Below, in pieces: positions 19,167 through 28,357 of a stretch of DNA of 44,491 bases. The stretch is from an uncultured Thermoplasmatales archaeon (GTDB lineage Archaea; Thermoplasmatota; E2; DHVEG-1). Where the stretch lies: positions 1 through 44,491 of the forward strand of contig CAZFAZ010000042.1 in the NCBI GenBank assembly GCA_964517155.1, read 5' to 3'. The notes below the pieces were generated by a model that saw only the letters and a program-made list of their open reading frames with translations, ran no database searches and was not told the origin of the DNA. Positions within the stretch are counted from its first letter, which is position 1. Each line of letters opens with the position of its first letter. The position numbers and the translations under genes were made by a program.

Positions 19167-19553
19167 TTATTTTTGGGCTTGTTTCTCTGCGATGTCGCCA
19201 ATTATTGGTAGTTTGAATTTTTTGTTCTGCACAGCCATTATTATAAAGATTAGCCACAAAACACCGATCATCATATAAATAATCCATGAAAGCCACATAA
19301 GTGCAGGAATACCTTGATCTACAGTTAACCCCCACGCACCATACACATAATTTACTTTCGGGGCTCCAATCCACCCGATTACTGGCGCAATTATAGTCAA
19401 TGGCAAAAACGTCAAAAACGATTGCCAGGCATGAAATCTTACTGTTTTATTTTCTTTTTCCATAACTATAAAAATTATTCCTGTTATCCAAGTACCGATA
19501 TAACATACCATACTTGCGATGTTTTCCTCTAAATTCATAGATGTTTTAGCCAT
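19167..19553 (-). CDS. DUF4870-type small membrane protein
   Basis: ENIASMVCY...EKENKTVRFHAWQS...FKLPIIGDIAE pattern with three TM segments. Confidence 0.75.
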   Translation of the reverse strand: MAKTSMNLEENIASMVCYIGTWITGIIFIVMEKENKTVRFHAWQSFLTFLPLTIIAPVIGWIGAPKVNYVYGAWGLTVDQGIPALMWLSWIIYMMIGVLWLIFIIMAVQNKKFKLPIIGDIAEKQAQK

Positions 19554-19597
19554 AATAATATCTCCCTTAGAAGGCGATAATAACCTCTATGTATTTA

Positions 19598-20650
19598 TTA
19601 TTTGTGTAATTTTGGGAGTACAAACAATAAATCATCTATTTTTATTACTTGTATCTTACTTGTTTTATACTCGATTTCTTCAGGTTTTTTAACAACGTGC
19701 AACTCATATGTTTTTTCATCCATCAACTGCAGCTCATTTTTTGTTTGACTTACAATTATCATTTCTCGTATGGTTTCTTCTCCACTCAGCATTCTTGCAT
19801 TTTCCAAGTTTTTTAAATCAGTTGATGTTTCTTGCCAGTCTGCTAGATTTATTAATTTTACTTTATTTGCCTGCAGATTTTTTATTTGATAATAAGTATC
19901 ATCGCTTTTTATGATATCACCTTTTTTATAAGGCGAAATTCTAACAAGATAAGTCATTTTATAGATTTGTTTACTATCTTTCATTCCAGTATTTGTTGAA
20001 GATTGTTTTATATAACCGCCGTATTTATCTAAAAGCATCTTTGAAATAGTAAATCCTGCATTTTTATCACTAATGTAAAAGTCTAACCCGCCGTGTTCTT
20101 CCGCTACATCTGCAATAAAAAGAGTTTTGTTTCCTTTTGCTTGCATGTTTTCAATTATTATTTCAACTGTTGACCGTATATCTGATAGTTCTTCGTTTGA
20201 AAACTTTCGTTTTTCTGTTCTTACTTGAATTATTGCCTCGTGATATCCTCCAAATTGCCTTGAGCATGTTTCACATACTGTTTTTCTAAGTCTAATAAAC
20301 AGTTCATGTTCTTCTGTGATTTCTTTTTCTTGTATGAAACCTGATATGTATACTTTGCATTCAAGCCCACGCAGAGTTTCACTGCAGTTTGTATTTATAT
20401 CAACTTTTTCAAGTTCACGGCTTATCTCAAAATTGTTTTTTATTAACTTACGCAAGATATCATTTAAAATTTCATTTTTCCAAGTGTTTTTATATTTGTA
20501 TCCTTGACAATGTGTACATACTGGTAAATCCAGTATTTCTGGCCCTTGTGTAAACTTTTTATTTTTAACGTAACACTCTATGCATACACCGTCTTTGTAG
20601 ATTTCACCTTCTTTTCCGCATTCAACACAAAACATAATTTTCAAAACCAT
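19598..20650 (-). CDS. NMD3-family ribosome biogenesis protein
   Basis: Four CxxC pairs (FCVECG, CIEC, CTHC, CETCSR), YHEAIIQVR and GGLDFY. Confidence 0.88.
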   Translation of the reverse strand: MVLKIMFCVECGKEGEIYKDGVCIECYVKNKKFTQGPEILDLPVCTHCQGYKYKNTWKNEILNDILRKLIKNNFEISRELEKVDINTNCSETLRGLECKVYISGFIQEKEITEEHELFIRLRKTVCETCSRQFGGYHEAIIQVRTEKRKFSNEELSDIRSTVEIIIENMQAKGNKTLFIADVAEEHGGLDFYISDKNAGFTISKMLLDKYGGYIKQSSTNTGMKDSKQIYKMTYLVRISPYKKGDIIKSDDTYYQIKNLQANKVKLINLADWQETSTDLKNLENARMLSGEETIREMIIVSQTKNELQLMDEKTYELHVVKKPEEIEYKTSKIQVIKIDDLLFVLPKLHK

Positions 20651-20721
20651 TCTTAGAGGGATGATGCAATCCGTATATTATAAGTATATAGGTTGCAATA
20701 TCAGATTTAAGTGATTTAATT

Positions 20722-21216
20722 TTGGTTGAAATTAGAGCAGCGGAATTAAAAGATTTAGAGAATATAACTGAAATTTATAATCATGCGATTTTAAACACTG
20801 TTGCAACTTTTGATACAAAACCTAAAACATTTGAAGAACAAAAAGAATGGTTTGAGGGACATGGCTCTAAAAATCCTATACTTGTCGCAGAAATTGATAA
20901 AAAAGTAGTTGGTTTTGCATCACTTAGCAAATATTCTACACGCTGTGCATATTCTGATACTGCAGAGCTTTCAATATACATAAAAGAAAAATATCAAGGA
21001 AAAGGTATTGGAAAAAAGCTTATGAAAGAAATTATTGATGCAGGAGAAAAAGCAGATCTTCATGCAGTAATTTCAAGGATTGCAGAGGGAAATAAAGTTA
21101 GTATTAATTTACATGAAGAAGTAGGTTTCAACCACGTTGGCATCTACAAAGAAGTAGGATTTAAATTTGGAAAAAAACTTGACGTTTACTTAATGGAAAA
21201 AATCTATAAAACATAA
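20722..21216 (+). CDS. GNAT N-acetyltransferase (phosphinothricin / methionine sulfoximine acetyltransferase-like)
   Basis: Motifs IYNHAI...ATFD, ELSIY, QGKGIGKKL, N..SINLH and GFKFG. Confidence 0.85.
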   Translation: MVEIRAAELKDLENITEIYNHAILNTVATFDTKPKTFEEQKEWFEGHGSKNPILVAEIDKKVVGFASLSKYSTRCAYSDTAELSIYIKEKYQGKGIGKKLMKEIIDAGEKADLHAVISRIAEGNKVSINLHEEVGFNHVGIYKEVGFKFGKKLDVYLMEKIYKT

Positions 21217-21220
21217 AGTT

Positions 21221-21811
21221 TTATTTTTTTATTGCTTTAAAACCTAGTTCAAATGCTTTCTTATTTATATTTTGATATTTCTTTGGAACGTTTTCAAGGA
21301 TTGTATCAAGCAGTACCTCTGATTTAAAAGGCAAAACCTCTGCACCTGCCAGCGCACCTAGCATCACAACATTTTTTGTGATAAGAGCACCTGCCTCTTT
21401 TGCAAGTTTTACAGCATCGATTTTGTAAAGTTCCCCATATTTTTCTAATTCCTCAAAAATCTTTTCAACTTCAGGATATTTTTCATCACCTGTTGCCACA
21501 GTAAAAGGAATAACCGGTACAATATCCGTTATAATCTTGGTTTTTTTATTTGTATACCCGATATAACGTAATGCTTCCAAGGGCTCCATGCTAAGCATAG
21601 CAGATGCAGAACCCGCTGGAACCAAAGGACCTGATACATCACCAAGTCTTACTGTACCATTCACGCTGCCGCCGCGCTGTGCCATACCATGAACTTCAGA
21701 TACAAATACATTAACACCTACTCTAACCGCTGCTTTTCCAAGTATATTTGCAGCAGTAATTACTCCTTGACCGCCGACACCTGTAAGAACAATGTTTATT
21801 TTTCCTTTCAT
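21221..21811 (-). CDS. iorB: Indolepyruvate:ferredoxin oxidoreductase beta subunit
   Basis: Motifs GVGGQG, SEVHGMAQRGGSV and NVVMLGAL. Confidence 0.93.
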   Translation of the reverse strand: MKGKINIVLTGVGGQGVITAANILGKAAVRVGVNVFVSEVHGMAQRGGSVNGTVRLGDVSGPLVPAGSASAMLSMEPLEALRYIGYTNKKTKIITDIVPVIPFTVATGDEKYPEVEKIFEELEKYGELYKIDAVKLAKEAGALITKNVVMLGALAGAEVLPFKSEVLLDTILENVPKKYQNINKKAFELGFKAIKK

Positions 21812-21812
21812 T

Positions 21813-23687
21813 TTATTTATCCTCCTTTAAATGAATTGCTCCAAAAGGACAAATCGTTGCACAATTGCCACAGCCGTTACACTGCTGCTCATCAATTAAA
21901 ATACTACCATCTTTACCATAATATATTGCAGGACAGCCAAATCTTCCGATACATATTTTACACTTACGGCATTTTTCTTGATCTATCTGATAAACAGGTA
22001 TTTTTTCACCGCGTTTTATTTTATCTCGGTTTTCAAGAAGAATACATGGTGATTTACTTACAACAACTGCGGCTCCCTTAAAATTAAGTGCTCGTTTAAA
22101 TGCTTCAGTAGTCTCTTTAATGTTATTTGGGTCAACAACTTCAATATGTTCTACGCCGCATCCTTTGCAGACATCTTCAACATTTATTTTTTTTGCTGGA
22201 CGACCCATTCCATCAAAATCTGTGCCTGGGTGAGGCTGATGACCCGTCATAGCAGTTGTTCTGTTATCAAGAATAGTAATTACCACATCATGATTATGGT
22301 GAACTGCATTAACAACTGGCGGAATACCTGAATGGAAAAACGTGCTATCGCCCATAAAACTAATTATTTTTTTATCTGTTGCAACCGCAAGACCACAAGC
22401 GGTTCCTGCATTACTACCCATACATAAAAGCAGATCTGCCATTTCAAGTGGTTTTGCACGACCAAGGGTGTAACACCCTATATCTGTAGGATAAATAACA
22501 TCTTTAGGTTGTGCTTTTTTTGCAGCATAATATGTCGCACGATGTGGACAACCCGGGCAAAGTGCTGGCGGTCTGCTTGGAAGTTTAATATCACTTGTTT
22601 TTGCAGCAGAATACGGGTTTTTAACGTTAAATATCTTTGAAAAAGCCTCTGCTACAATATCAGGATTATATTCAAAAAGTCGTGAGAAATGCCCTGACGA
22701 TTTACCATAGAATTTAACGTTTGCACCCATTTCATACGCGATTACTTTGAACTGGTTTTCTAAAATTGGTTCAAGTTCTTCAACAAGTATTATGTTTTTA
22801 CATGATTTAATGAATTTTTCACACATTTTTCTTGGTAGTGGATTGCTCATACCAAGCTTTAGAATTCTGACATTAAGTTTGAGGTCTTCGGCAACCTCTT
22901 TTACATAGTTAAAGGAAACACCAGAGGTGACAATACCCCAATCAAAGGGTTTTCCAATGTTTATTATTTTGTTAAACTCTGATTTTTCACTGAGTTCTTC
23001 AGCTTTTTTAAGCATTTTTAAGAGTTCTGGATGACGAGCACGAGCGATATCAGGAGTCGTAACCCACATCGGGCTTTTTTCAAAATTACCTTTTCTTCTT
23101 GGTTTTTGCATTTTTTTAAGCTCGATTCCACCGCGAACATGATTAAGTCTTGTTGTGGTCCTAAGAAGTATTGGAGACTTTAGTTTTTCAGACGTTTCAA
23201 ATCCTACTCTTGTCATCTCTTTTGCTTCATTTGGTGTTGAAGGCTCAAGCATTGGTGCACCGCCAAAAAGCGCATAATATCTATTGTCTTGTTCGTTTTG
23301 TGATGAATGACAAGAAGGATCATCTGCAGTAATTATTACGTGTCCTCCTCTGCAGCCTATATACATATAGGTCATGAAAGCATCACTTGCAACATTAAGA
23401 CCTACATGTTTCATACATGTAAGTGCACGAAGACCAGATATTGCAGCAGCACCTGCAACCTCGAGTGCTACTTTTTCATTTGTAGAATATTCAAAATAAA
23501 AACCTGGGTCTTTTTTTTGTTTGGTAAAATGTTTTGCAATAGCTGAAAAAGTATCTGCAATTTCAGAGGATGGCGTCCCAGGATATGTTGTCGCAACATC
23601 GACGCCTGCTTCAATTGCACCACGGGTTATTGCCTCGTTTCCCAAAAGAAGTATTTTTTCACCTGGTTTATCTTTAAGTATATACAT
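21813..23687 (-). CDS. iorA: Indolepyruvate:ferredoxin oxidoreductase alpha subunit
   Basis: Motifs YPGTPSSE, MKHVGLNVA, SSQNEQD, LCPGCPH and GDSTFFH, plus a C-terminal 2x[4Fe-4S] domain. Confidence 0.95.
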   Translation of the reverse strand: MYILKDKPGEKILLLGNEAITRGAIEAGVDVATTYPGTPSSEIADTFSAIAKHFTKQKKDPGFYFEYSTNEKVALEVAGAAAISGLRALTCMKHVGLNVASDAFMTYMYIGCRGGHVIITADDPSCHSSQNEQDNRYYALFGGAPMLEPSTPNEAKEMTRVGFETSEKLKSPILLRTTTRLNHVRGGIELKKMQKPRRKGNFEKSPMWVTTPDIARARHPELLKMLKKAEELSEKSEFNKIINIGKPFDWGIVTSGVSFNYVKEVAEDLKLNVRILKLGMSNPLPRKMCEKFIKSCKNIILVEELEPILENQFKVIAYEMGANVKFYGKSSGHFSRLFEYNPDIVAEAFSKIFNVKNPYSAAKTSDIKLPSRPPALCPGCPHRATYYAAKKAQPKDVIYPTDIGCYTLGRAKPLEMADLLLCMGSNAGTACGLAVATDKKIISFMGDSTFFHSGIPPVVNAVHHNHDVVITILDNRTTAMTGHQPHPGTDFDGMGRPAKKINVEDVCKGCGVEHIEVVDPNNIKETTEAFKRALNFKGAAVVVSKSPCILLENRDKIKRGEKIPVYQIDQEKCRKCKICIGRFGCPAIYYGKDGSILIDEQQCNGCGNCATICPFGAIHLKEDK

Positions 23688-23915
23688 TTTTTTTCAAACC
23701 TCATAATAAATCGTTTAAATAGTTTTTTTCCCCGTGCATGGTAAAAGAGAGCAGCATATAAAATTATCTGATTCATATGGAGAAAAAGTATGCTAAATAT
23801 TTGCAAAAAAACATTTTTTGTGAAAAAAAATATGTTTTCGAAAGGTTTATAAATAAAAATTTGGTTCTTAGGGAGACAAAAAACAAATCAATGGTAAAAA
23901 CAGGGAGGAAAAATT

Positions 23916-24212
23916 ATGACAGAAAAAGTAATAAATCCTGACGAGAACACAATATATGTTGGAAACAAACCACCAATGAGCTATGTGCTTGCTGTAGTTA
24001 CACAGTTCAACGGAGGCTCTGACGAAGTAGTAATAAAAGCACGCGGCCGTGCAATCAGCCGTGCAGTAGATACCGCAGAAATAGTCAGAAATAGATTTGT
24101 GCAAAACGCAAAAGTAAAGGATATCAAAATCGGAACTGAGAGCATTACAAATGAAGAAGGACGTAACTCCAACGTATCTTCAATTGAAATATCTCTTTAC
24201 ACGAAGAAATAA
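23916..24212 (+). CDS. albA: DNA/RNA-binding protein Alba (copy 1)
   Basis: [26 protein letters not shown] and VSSIEI; GGGAGG SD upstream. Confidence 0.96.
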   Translation: MTEKVINPDENTIYVGNKPPMSYVLAVVTQFNGGSDEVVIKARGRAISRAVDTAEIVRNRFVQNAKVKDIKIGTESITNEEGRNSNVSSIEISLYTKK

Positions 24213-24225
24213 AAATAGTAAAAAC

Positions 24226-24300
24226 AGATGCAAAGGCATTGCAATTACTGCTATATTCGTTTTGTAATTGCTTAGTAGTTGTATCTTTCTTTTATTTTTA
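24226..24300 (+). terminator. Two-stem hairpin followed by a U-rich tract after alba copy 1
   Basis: AGATGCAA (24226-33) pairs with TTGTATCT (24279-86); GCAATTAC (24241-48) pairs with GTAATTGC (24264-71); TTCTTTTATTTTT follows. Confidence 0.5.
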
Positions 24301-24390
24301 TTTAGTTTTATTGATATTGTTTTTTAAATTTTTTTGATAAAGCGAAATAATTTAAATCTAAAAACATATTCCCCTTGCCTGTTGATAGGG

Positions 24391-26013
24391 ATGGTAAATT
24401 ATATTATTGTAACAGGCGGGGTTATTTCTGGACTAGGAAAAGGAATTACTACCGCTTCAATTGGCAAGATTCTGCAACTTCATGGTTACAATGTAACAGC
24501 AATGAAGATAGACCCATACATGAATTTTGATGCAGGAACCTTAAGGCCTACTGAGCATGGTGAAGTATGGGTCACTGAAGACGGCGGAGAAATCGATCAG
24601 GATCTGGGGCATTATGAACGTTTTTTAGATATCAATATACCAAAATCACATAATATTACTACAGGTCAAGTTTATAGTGCAGTCATAGAAAAAGAGAGAA
24701 AAGGCAAATATCTTGGTAAAACAGTGCAGCCTATTCCTCATGTAACTGATGAAATTAAAGAAAGAATTCGTTTTCCTTCAACTCAAAATAGTTGGGATTT
24801 TGTACTTGTAGAAATAGGTGGCACTGTTGGAGACTATGAAAACGTACTTTTTTTAGAAGCAGTCCGTCAGATGAAACAAGAAGGCGACAAAGTCGTCTTT
24901 GTTCATGTTACTTATGTTCCTATGCTTGATGCGCTTGGTGAGGCAAAAACCAAACCTACTCAGCATAGTGTAAAACTGCTTCGTGAAATAGGTATTATGC
25001 CTGATTTTATTATAACTCGCTCTGAAAAAGCACTTGATAATGTTCGTCGTGAAAAAATTGCAATGTTTTGTAATGTTTCTCAAGACGCTGTTATAAGCAA
25101 TGAAGATGTTGATAATATTTATTCTGTTAGTCTGCTTTTTGAAAAGCAAGACCTCTGCAAAAAAATACTTAAAAAATTAAATCTTAGAAGGGATAATAAT
25201 AATCTTGAAGAATGGGATAAATTTATAAAAAAAATAAAACGCCTTCAAAATACTGTTAAAATCGGCATCGTCGGCAAATATTTTGATATAGGTACATCTC
25301 AACTTAGTGATAGTTATATTAGTGTTATTGAGGCGGTGAAACATGCTGCTTGGAATAACACACTACTTCCTGATATTAAATGGATTGATTCAAAAGTATT
25401 TGAAGAAGAACCAGGTAAACTCTCCAGTCTTGATGAATTAGATGGAATTATTGTTCCTGGGGGTTTTGGCGGCTCAGGCATAGATGGAAAAATTTCAACA
25501 ATTAGATATTGCCGTGAGAATGGCATACCTTTTTTAGGTCTTTGCCTTGGAATGCAACTTGCAGTTGTTGAATATGCTCGTAATGCATGTGGTCTTAGTA
25601 ATGCTCATTCTACTGAGTTTGATAAAAAAACACCTCATCCTGTGATTGATTTTATTCCTGAGCAAGTAAAAATTCTTCAGGAGTCGCGTTATGGTGCAAC
25701 TATGCGTCTTGGTGCGTATCCTGCCGATATTAAAAAAGGAACTATGGTCTATGATTTGTATGGTTCTGAAAAGGTTTCAGAGAGACACCGCCATAGATAT
25801 GAGGTAAATCCTGAGTGTGTAGAAAAACTTGAGAGATGCGGGATTGTATTTCCAGGTAGAAGTCCAGATGGAATATTAATGGAATTTATGGAGCTGCCAA
25901 CTCATAATTATTTTGTTGGTACACAAGCACATCCTGAATTTAAATCAAGACCTTTGAGACCTGCTCCACTGTTTAATGGTTTTATACAGGCAGCTAAAAA
26001 AAGAAGAAAGTAA
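24391..26013 (+). CDS. pyrG: CTP synthase
   Basis: Motifs TGGVISGLGKG, KIDPY, KTKPTQ, GLCLGMQ, RHRHRYE and HPEF. Start taken as ATG 24391. Confidence 0.97.
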   Translation: MVNYIIVTGGVISGLGKGITTASIGKILQLHGYNVTAMKIDPYMNFDAGTLRPTEHGEVWVTEDGGEIDQDLGHYERFLDINIPKSHNITTGQVYSAVIEKERKGKYLGKTVQPIPHVTDEIKERIRFPSTQNSWDFVLVEIGGTVGDYENVLFLEAVRQMKQEGDKVVFVHVTYVPMLDALGEAKTKPTQHSVKLLREIGIMPDFIITRSEKALDNVRREKIAMFCNVSQDAVISNEDVDNIYSVSLLFEKQDLCKKILKKLNLRRDNNNLEEWDKFIKKIKRLQNTVKIGIVGKYFDIGTSQLSDSYISVIEAVKHAAWNNTLLPDIKWIDSKVFEEEPGKLSSLDELDGIIVPGGFGGSGIDGKISTIRYCRENGIPFLGLCLGMQLAVVEYARNACGLSNAHSTEFDKKTPHPVIDFIPEQVKILQESRYGATMRLGAYPADIKKGTMVYDLYGSEKVSERHRHRYEVNPECVEKLERCGIVFPGRSPDGILMEFMELPTHNYFVGTQAHPEFKSRPLRPAPLFNGFIQAAKKRRK

Positions 26014-26020
26014 CGCAACT

Positions 26021-27403
26021 TCATTTTAATTTGAGATATTTATCAATTGCTTGTGCTGCTTTTTTCCCGGCACCCATAGCAAGTATTACTGTTGCTGCAC
26101 CTGTCGCAATATCACCGCCGGCATAAACCCCATCAATACTTGTTTTACCGTCTTTGTCAACCTTGAGATTACCCCGTCGTTCCGTTTCAAGTTCTTTTAT
26201 CGACTGGGGAACCAGAGGATTTGGGCTTTGACCAATTGCAACAAGGGCTGTATCTATCTTGATCGTAAACTCTGAATCAGGTATAGGTATTGGCCTACGC
26301 CGCCCGCTATCATCTGGCTCGCCTAGCTTCATCTCTATACATTTTACTGCTTTGACTTTGCCTTGTTCATCACTGATAAACTCTACAGGATTTGTAAGAA
26401 GTTTAAAGATTACTCCTTCTTGTCTTGCATGATGTATTTCTTCAATTCTTGCAGGCATTTCTTTTTCAGTTCTACGATAAAGGATATATGATTTTTTGGC
26501 ACCCATTCGAAGTGCTGTTCTTGCACAATCCATAGCAACATTTCCAGCACCAAAAGTCGCGGCAACACTACCAACTTTACAAGGCGTACTATGACGCGGG
26601 AAGTCGTATGCTTTCATCATATTCACACGGGTTAAAAATTCATTAGCACTATATACGCCGTCTAAACTTTCACCAGGAATATTAAGCCAATTGGGAAGAC
26701 CTGCACCTGTTCCAATAAAAACTGAATCAAAATCTTTGAGAAGTTCAGGTATTGTAATTGTTTTGCCAACAACTACATCATATTTTATTTCCACGCCAAG
26801 GCTTTTAATGTAATCTACTTCTGCATGAACAATTTCTTTTGGCAGACGAAACTCAGGAATGCCATACATGAGAACTCCACCTGGTGCATGAAGTGCTTCA
26901 AAAATAGTAACACTATGGCCTTTTTTTGCAAGTTCTCCGGCACAAGTAAGACCTGCAGGACCTGCACCTACTACTGCTACTTTTTTGCCTGTAAGTTTTA
27001 CTTTTTTAGGTTTTTTAATTCCTTTGTCTCTTTCATAATCTGCAAGGAAACGCTCAAGTCTGCCAATTGCTACAGGTTCACCGAGTTTCAAAAGAGTGCA
27101 GTGTCCTTCACATTGGTTTTCATAAGGGCAAACCCTTCCGCATACCGCAGGAAGTGCGTTTTTATTTTTTAAAACTTCAACAGCTTTATCTAAATTTCCT
27201 TGAGCCAACTCTCTTATAAAATCTGGAATGTCAACTCCTACGGGGCATCCCTTTGTGCATGGCCTGTTTTTGCATTGAATGCAGCGTTTTGCCTCCTGAA
27301 TTGCAGTTTTTTTATCATAACCGTATGGTACTTCATTAAAATTTTTAATTCTTTTTTTCGGGTCTTGTTCAGGCATCGGATGTTTTTCTTTTTTTACAGG
27401 CAT
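26021..27403 (-). CDS. nfnB: NfnB/SudA (GltD-like) large subunit of electron-bifurcating transhydrogenase
   Basis: RCIQC...C...CP and CGRVCP...QCE iron-sulfur motifs, GAGPAG, YGIPEFRLPK, GAGNVAMD and GGD; directly follows nfnA. Confidence 0.85.
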   Translation of the reverse strand: MPVKKEKHPMPEQDPKKRIKNFNEVPYGYDKKTAIQEAKRCIQCKNRPCTKGCPVGVDIPDFIRELAQGNLDKAVEVLKNKNALPAVCGRVCPYENQCEGHCTLLKLGEPVAIGRLERFLADYERDKGIKKPKKVKLTGKKVAVVGAGPAGLTCAGELAKKGHSVTIFEALHAPGGVLMYGIPEFRLPKEIVHAEVDYIKSLGVEIKYDVVVGKTITIPELLKDFDSVFIGTGAGLPNWLNIPGESLDGVYSANEFLTRVNMMKAYDFPRHSTPCKVGSVAATFGAGNVAMDCARTALRMGAKKSYILYRRTEKEMPARIEEIHHARQEGVIFKLLTNPVEFISDEQGKVKAVKCIEMKLGEPDDSGRRRPIPIPDSEFTIKIDTALVAIGQSPNPLVPQSIKELETERRGNLKVDKDGKTSIDGVYAGGDIATGAATVILAMGAGKKAAQAIDKYLKLK

Positions 27404-27404
27404 T

Positions 27405-28232
27405 TTAAACTTTCACCCCTGCAAGTTTGCAAGCATGTTTTTCTTCATCTATAAAACGCCTGTTTCTAAGCATAAGATTTTCAAAATCAACCTGATGGCC
27501 GTCAAACTCGGGGCCATCAACACAAGCAAATTTGATTTTCCCGCCAACTGTTACTCTGCATCCCCCGCACATACCTGTTCCATCAACCATAATTGGATTT
27601 AGTGAAACAATAGTTTTTAAATCATATTTCTTTGTAAGATCTGATACAACCTTCATCATTATAACAGGCCCTATCGCCCATACTATGTCTATTTTTTCTC
27701 CACTATCAATTAGTTTCTGAAGAACAGTTGTAACAAAACCTTTTATCCCTTTTGAGCCGTCATCTGTTGCAATATGTAGTTCATCTGAAACTTTTGTAAT
27801 TTCTTTTTCAAGCATTAAAAGACTTTTGTTTCTTGCTCCAAGGATACTTATTACTTTGTTGCCTTCTTGTTTTAATGCTTTTATTATCGGATATAATGGT
27901 GCAATTCCAACGCCACCACCTATACATACTACGGTTCCAAATTTTTCTATTTCTGAAGGTATGCCTAAAGGCCCTGCAAAATTAAGAAGACTATCTCCTT
28001 TATTCATCATCCCTAGTTGTTTAGTTGTTTTTCCAACTTCCATGAAAATAATTGTAATAGTTTCTTTTTTTCTATCGTAATCTGCGATGGTTAAAGGGAT
28101 TCTTTCTCCTTCTTCATCTATTCTAAGAATGATGAATTGGCCAGGTTGTGCTTTTTTTGCAACTAATGGTGCTTTAATCTTCATAAGTTTAACATTATCT
28201 GATAAAATCTGTTTTTCGAGTATTTTATACAT
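27405..28232 (-). CDS. nfnA: NfnA/SudB small subunit (PyrK-like FAD/[2Fe-2S] protein)
   Basis: Motifs GERIPLTI, GGGVG, MVDGTGMCGGCRV and CVDGPEF. Confidence 0.88.
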   Translation of the reverse strand: MYKILEKQILSDNVKLMKIKAPLVAKKAQPGQFIILRIDEEGERIPLTIADYDRKKETITIIFMEVGKTTKQLGMMNKGDSLLNFAGPLGIPSEIEKFGTVVCIGGGVGIAPLYPIIKALKQEGNKVISILGARNKSLLMLEKEITKVSDELHIATDDGSKGIKGFVTTVLQKLIDSGEKIDIVWAIGPVIMMKVVSDLTKKYDLKTIVSLNPIMVDGTGMCGGCRVTVGGKIKFACVDGPEFDGHQVDFENLMLRNRRFIDEEKHACKLAGVKV

Positions 28233-28357
28233 AACACTTCACGGCTCTTAAAAATATTTTTTAAGAAAACTATAATCAGGCGTGTTTTTTAAAGCTTTAT
28301 GATGGCAAAAAAAGTATTACTCAAATTTTTACGCTTTTAAACAACTAAAAAATACTT

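Noticed and set aside
23804..23820. CAAAAAA-N3-TTTTTTG inverted repeat upstream of alba1 as a motif shared with 40214
   Set aside because: Low-complexity A/T runs are frequent here and the spacing differs, so it cannot be told apart from chance.
26021..27403. Stand-alone glutamate synthase
   Set aside because: No GltB domains nearby; pairing with a PyrK-like gene indicates NfnAB/SudAB.
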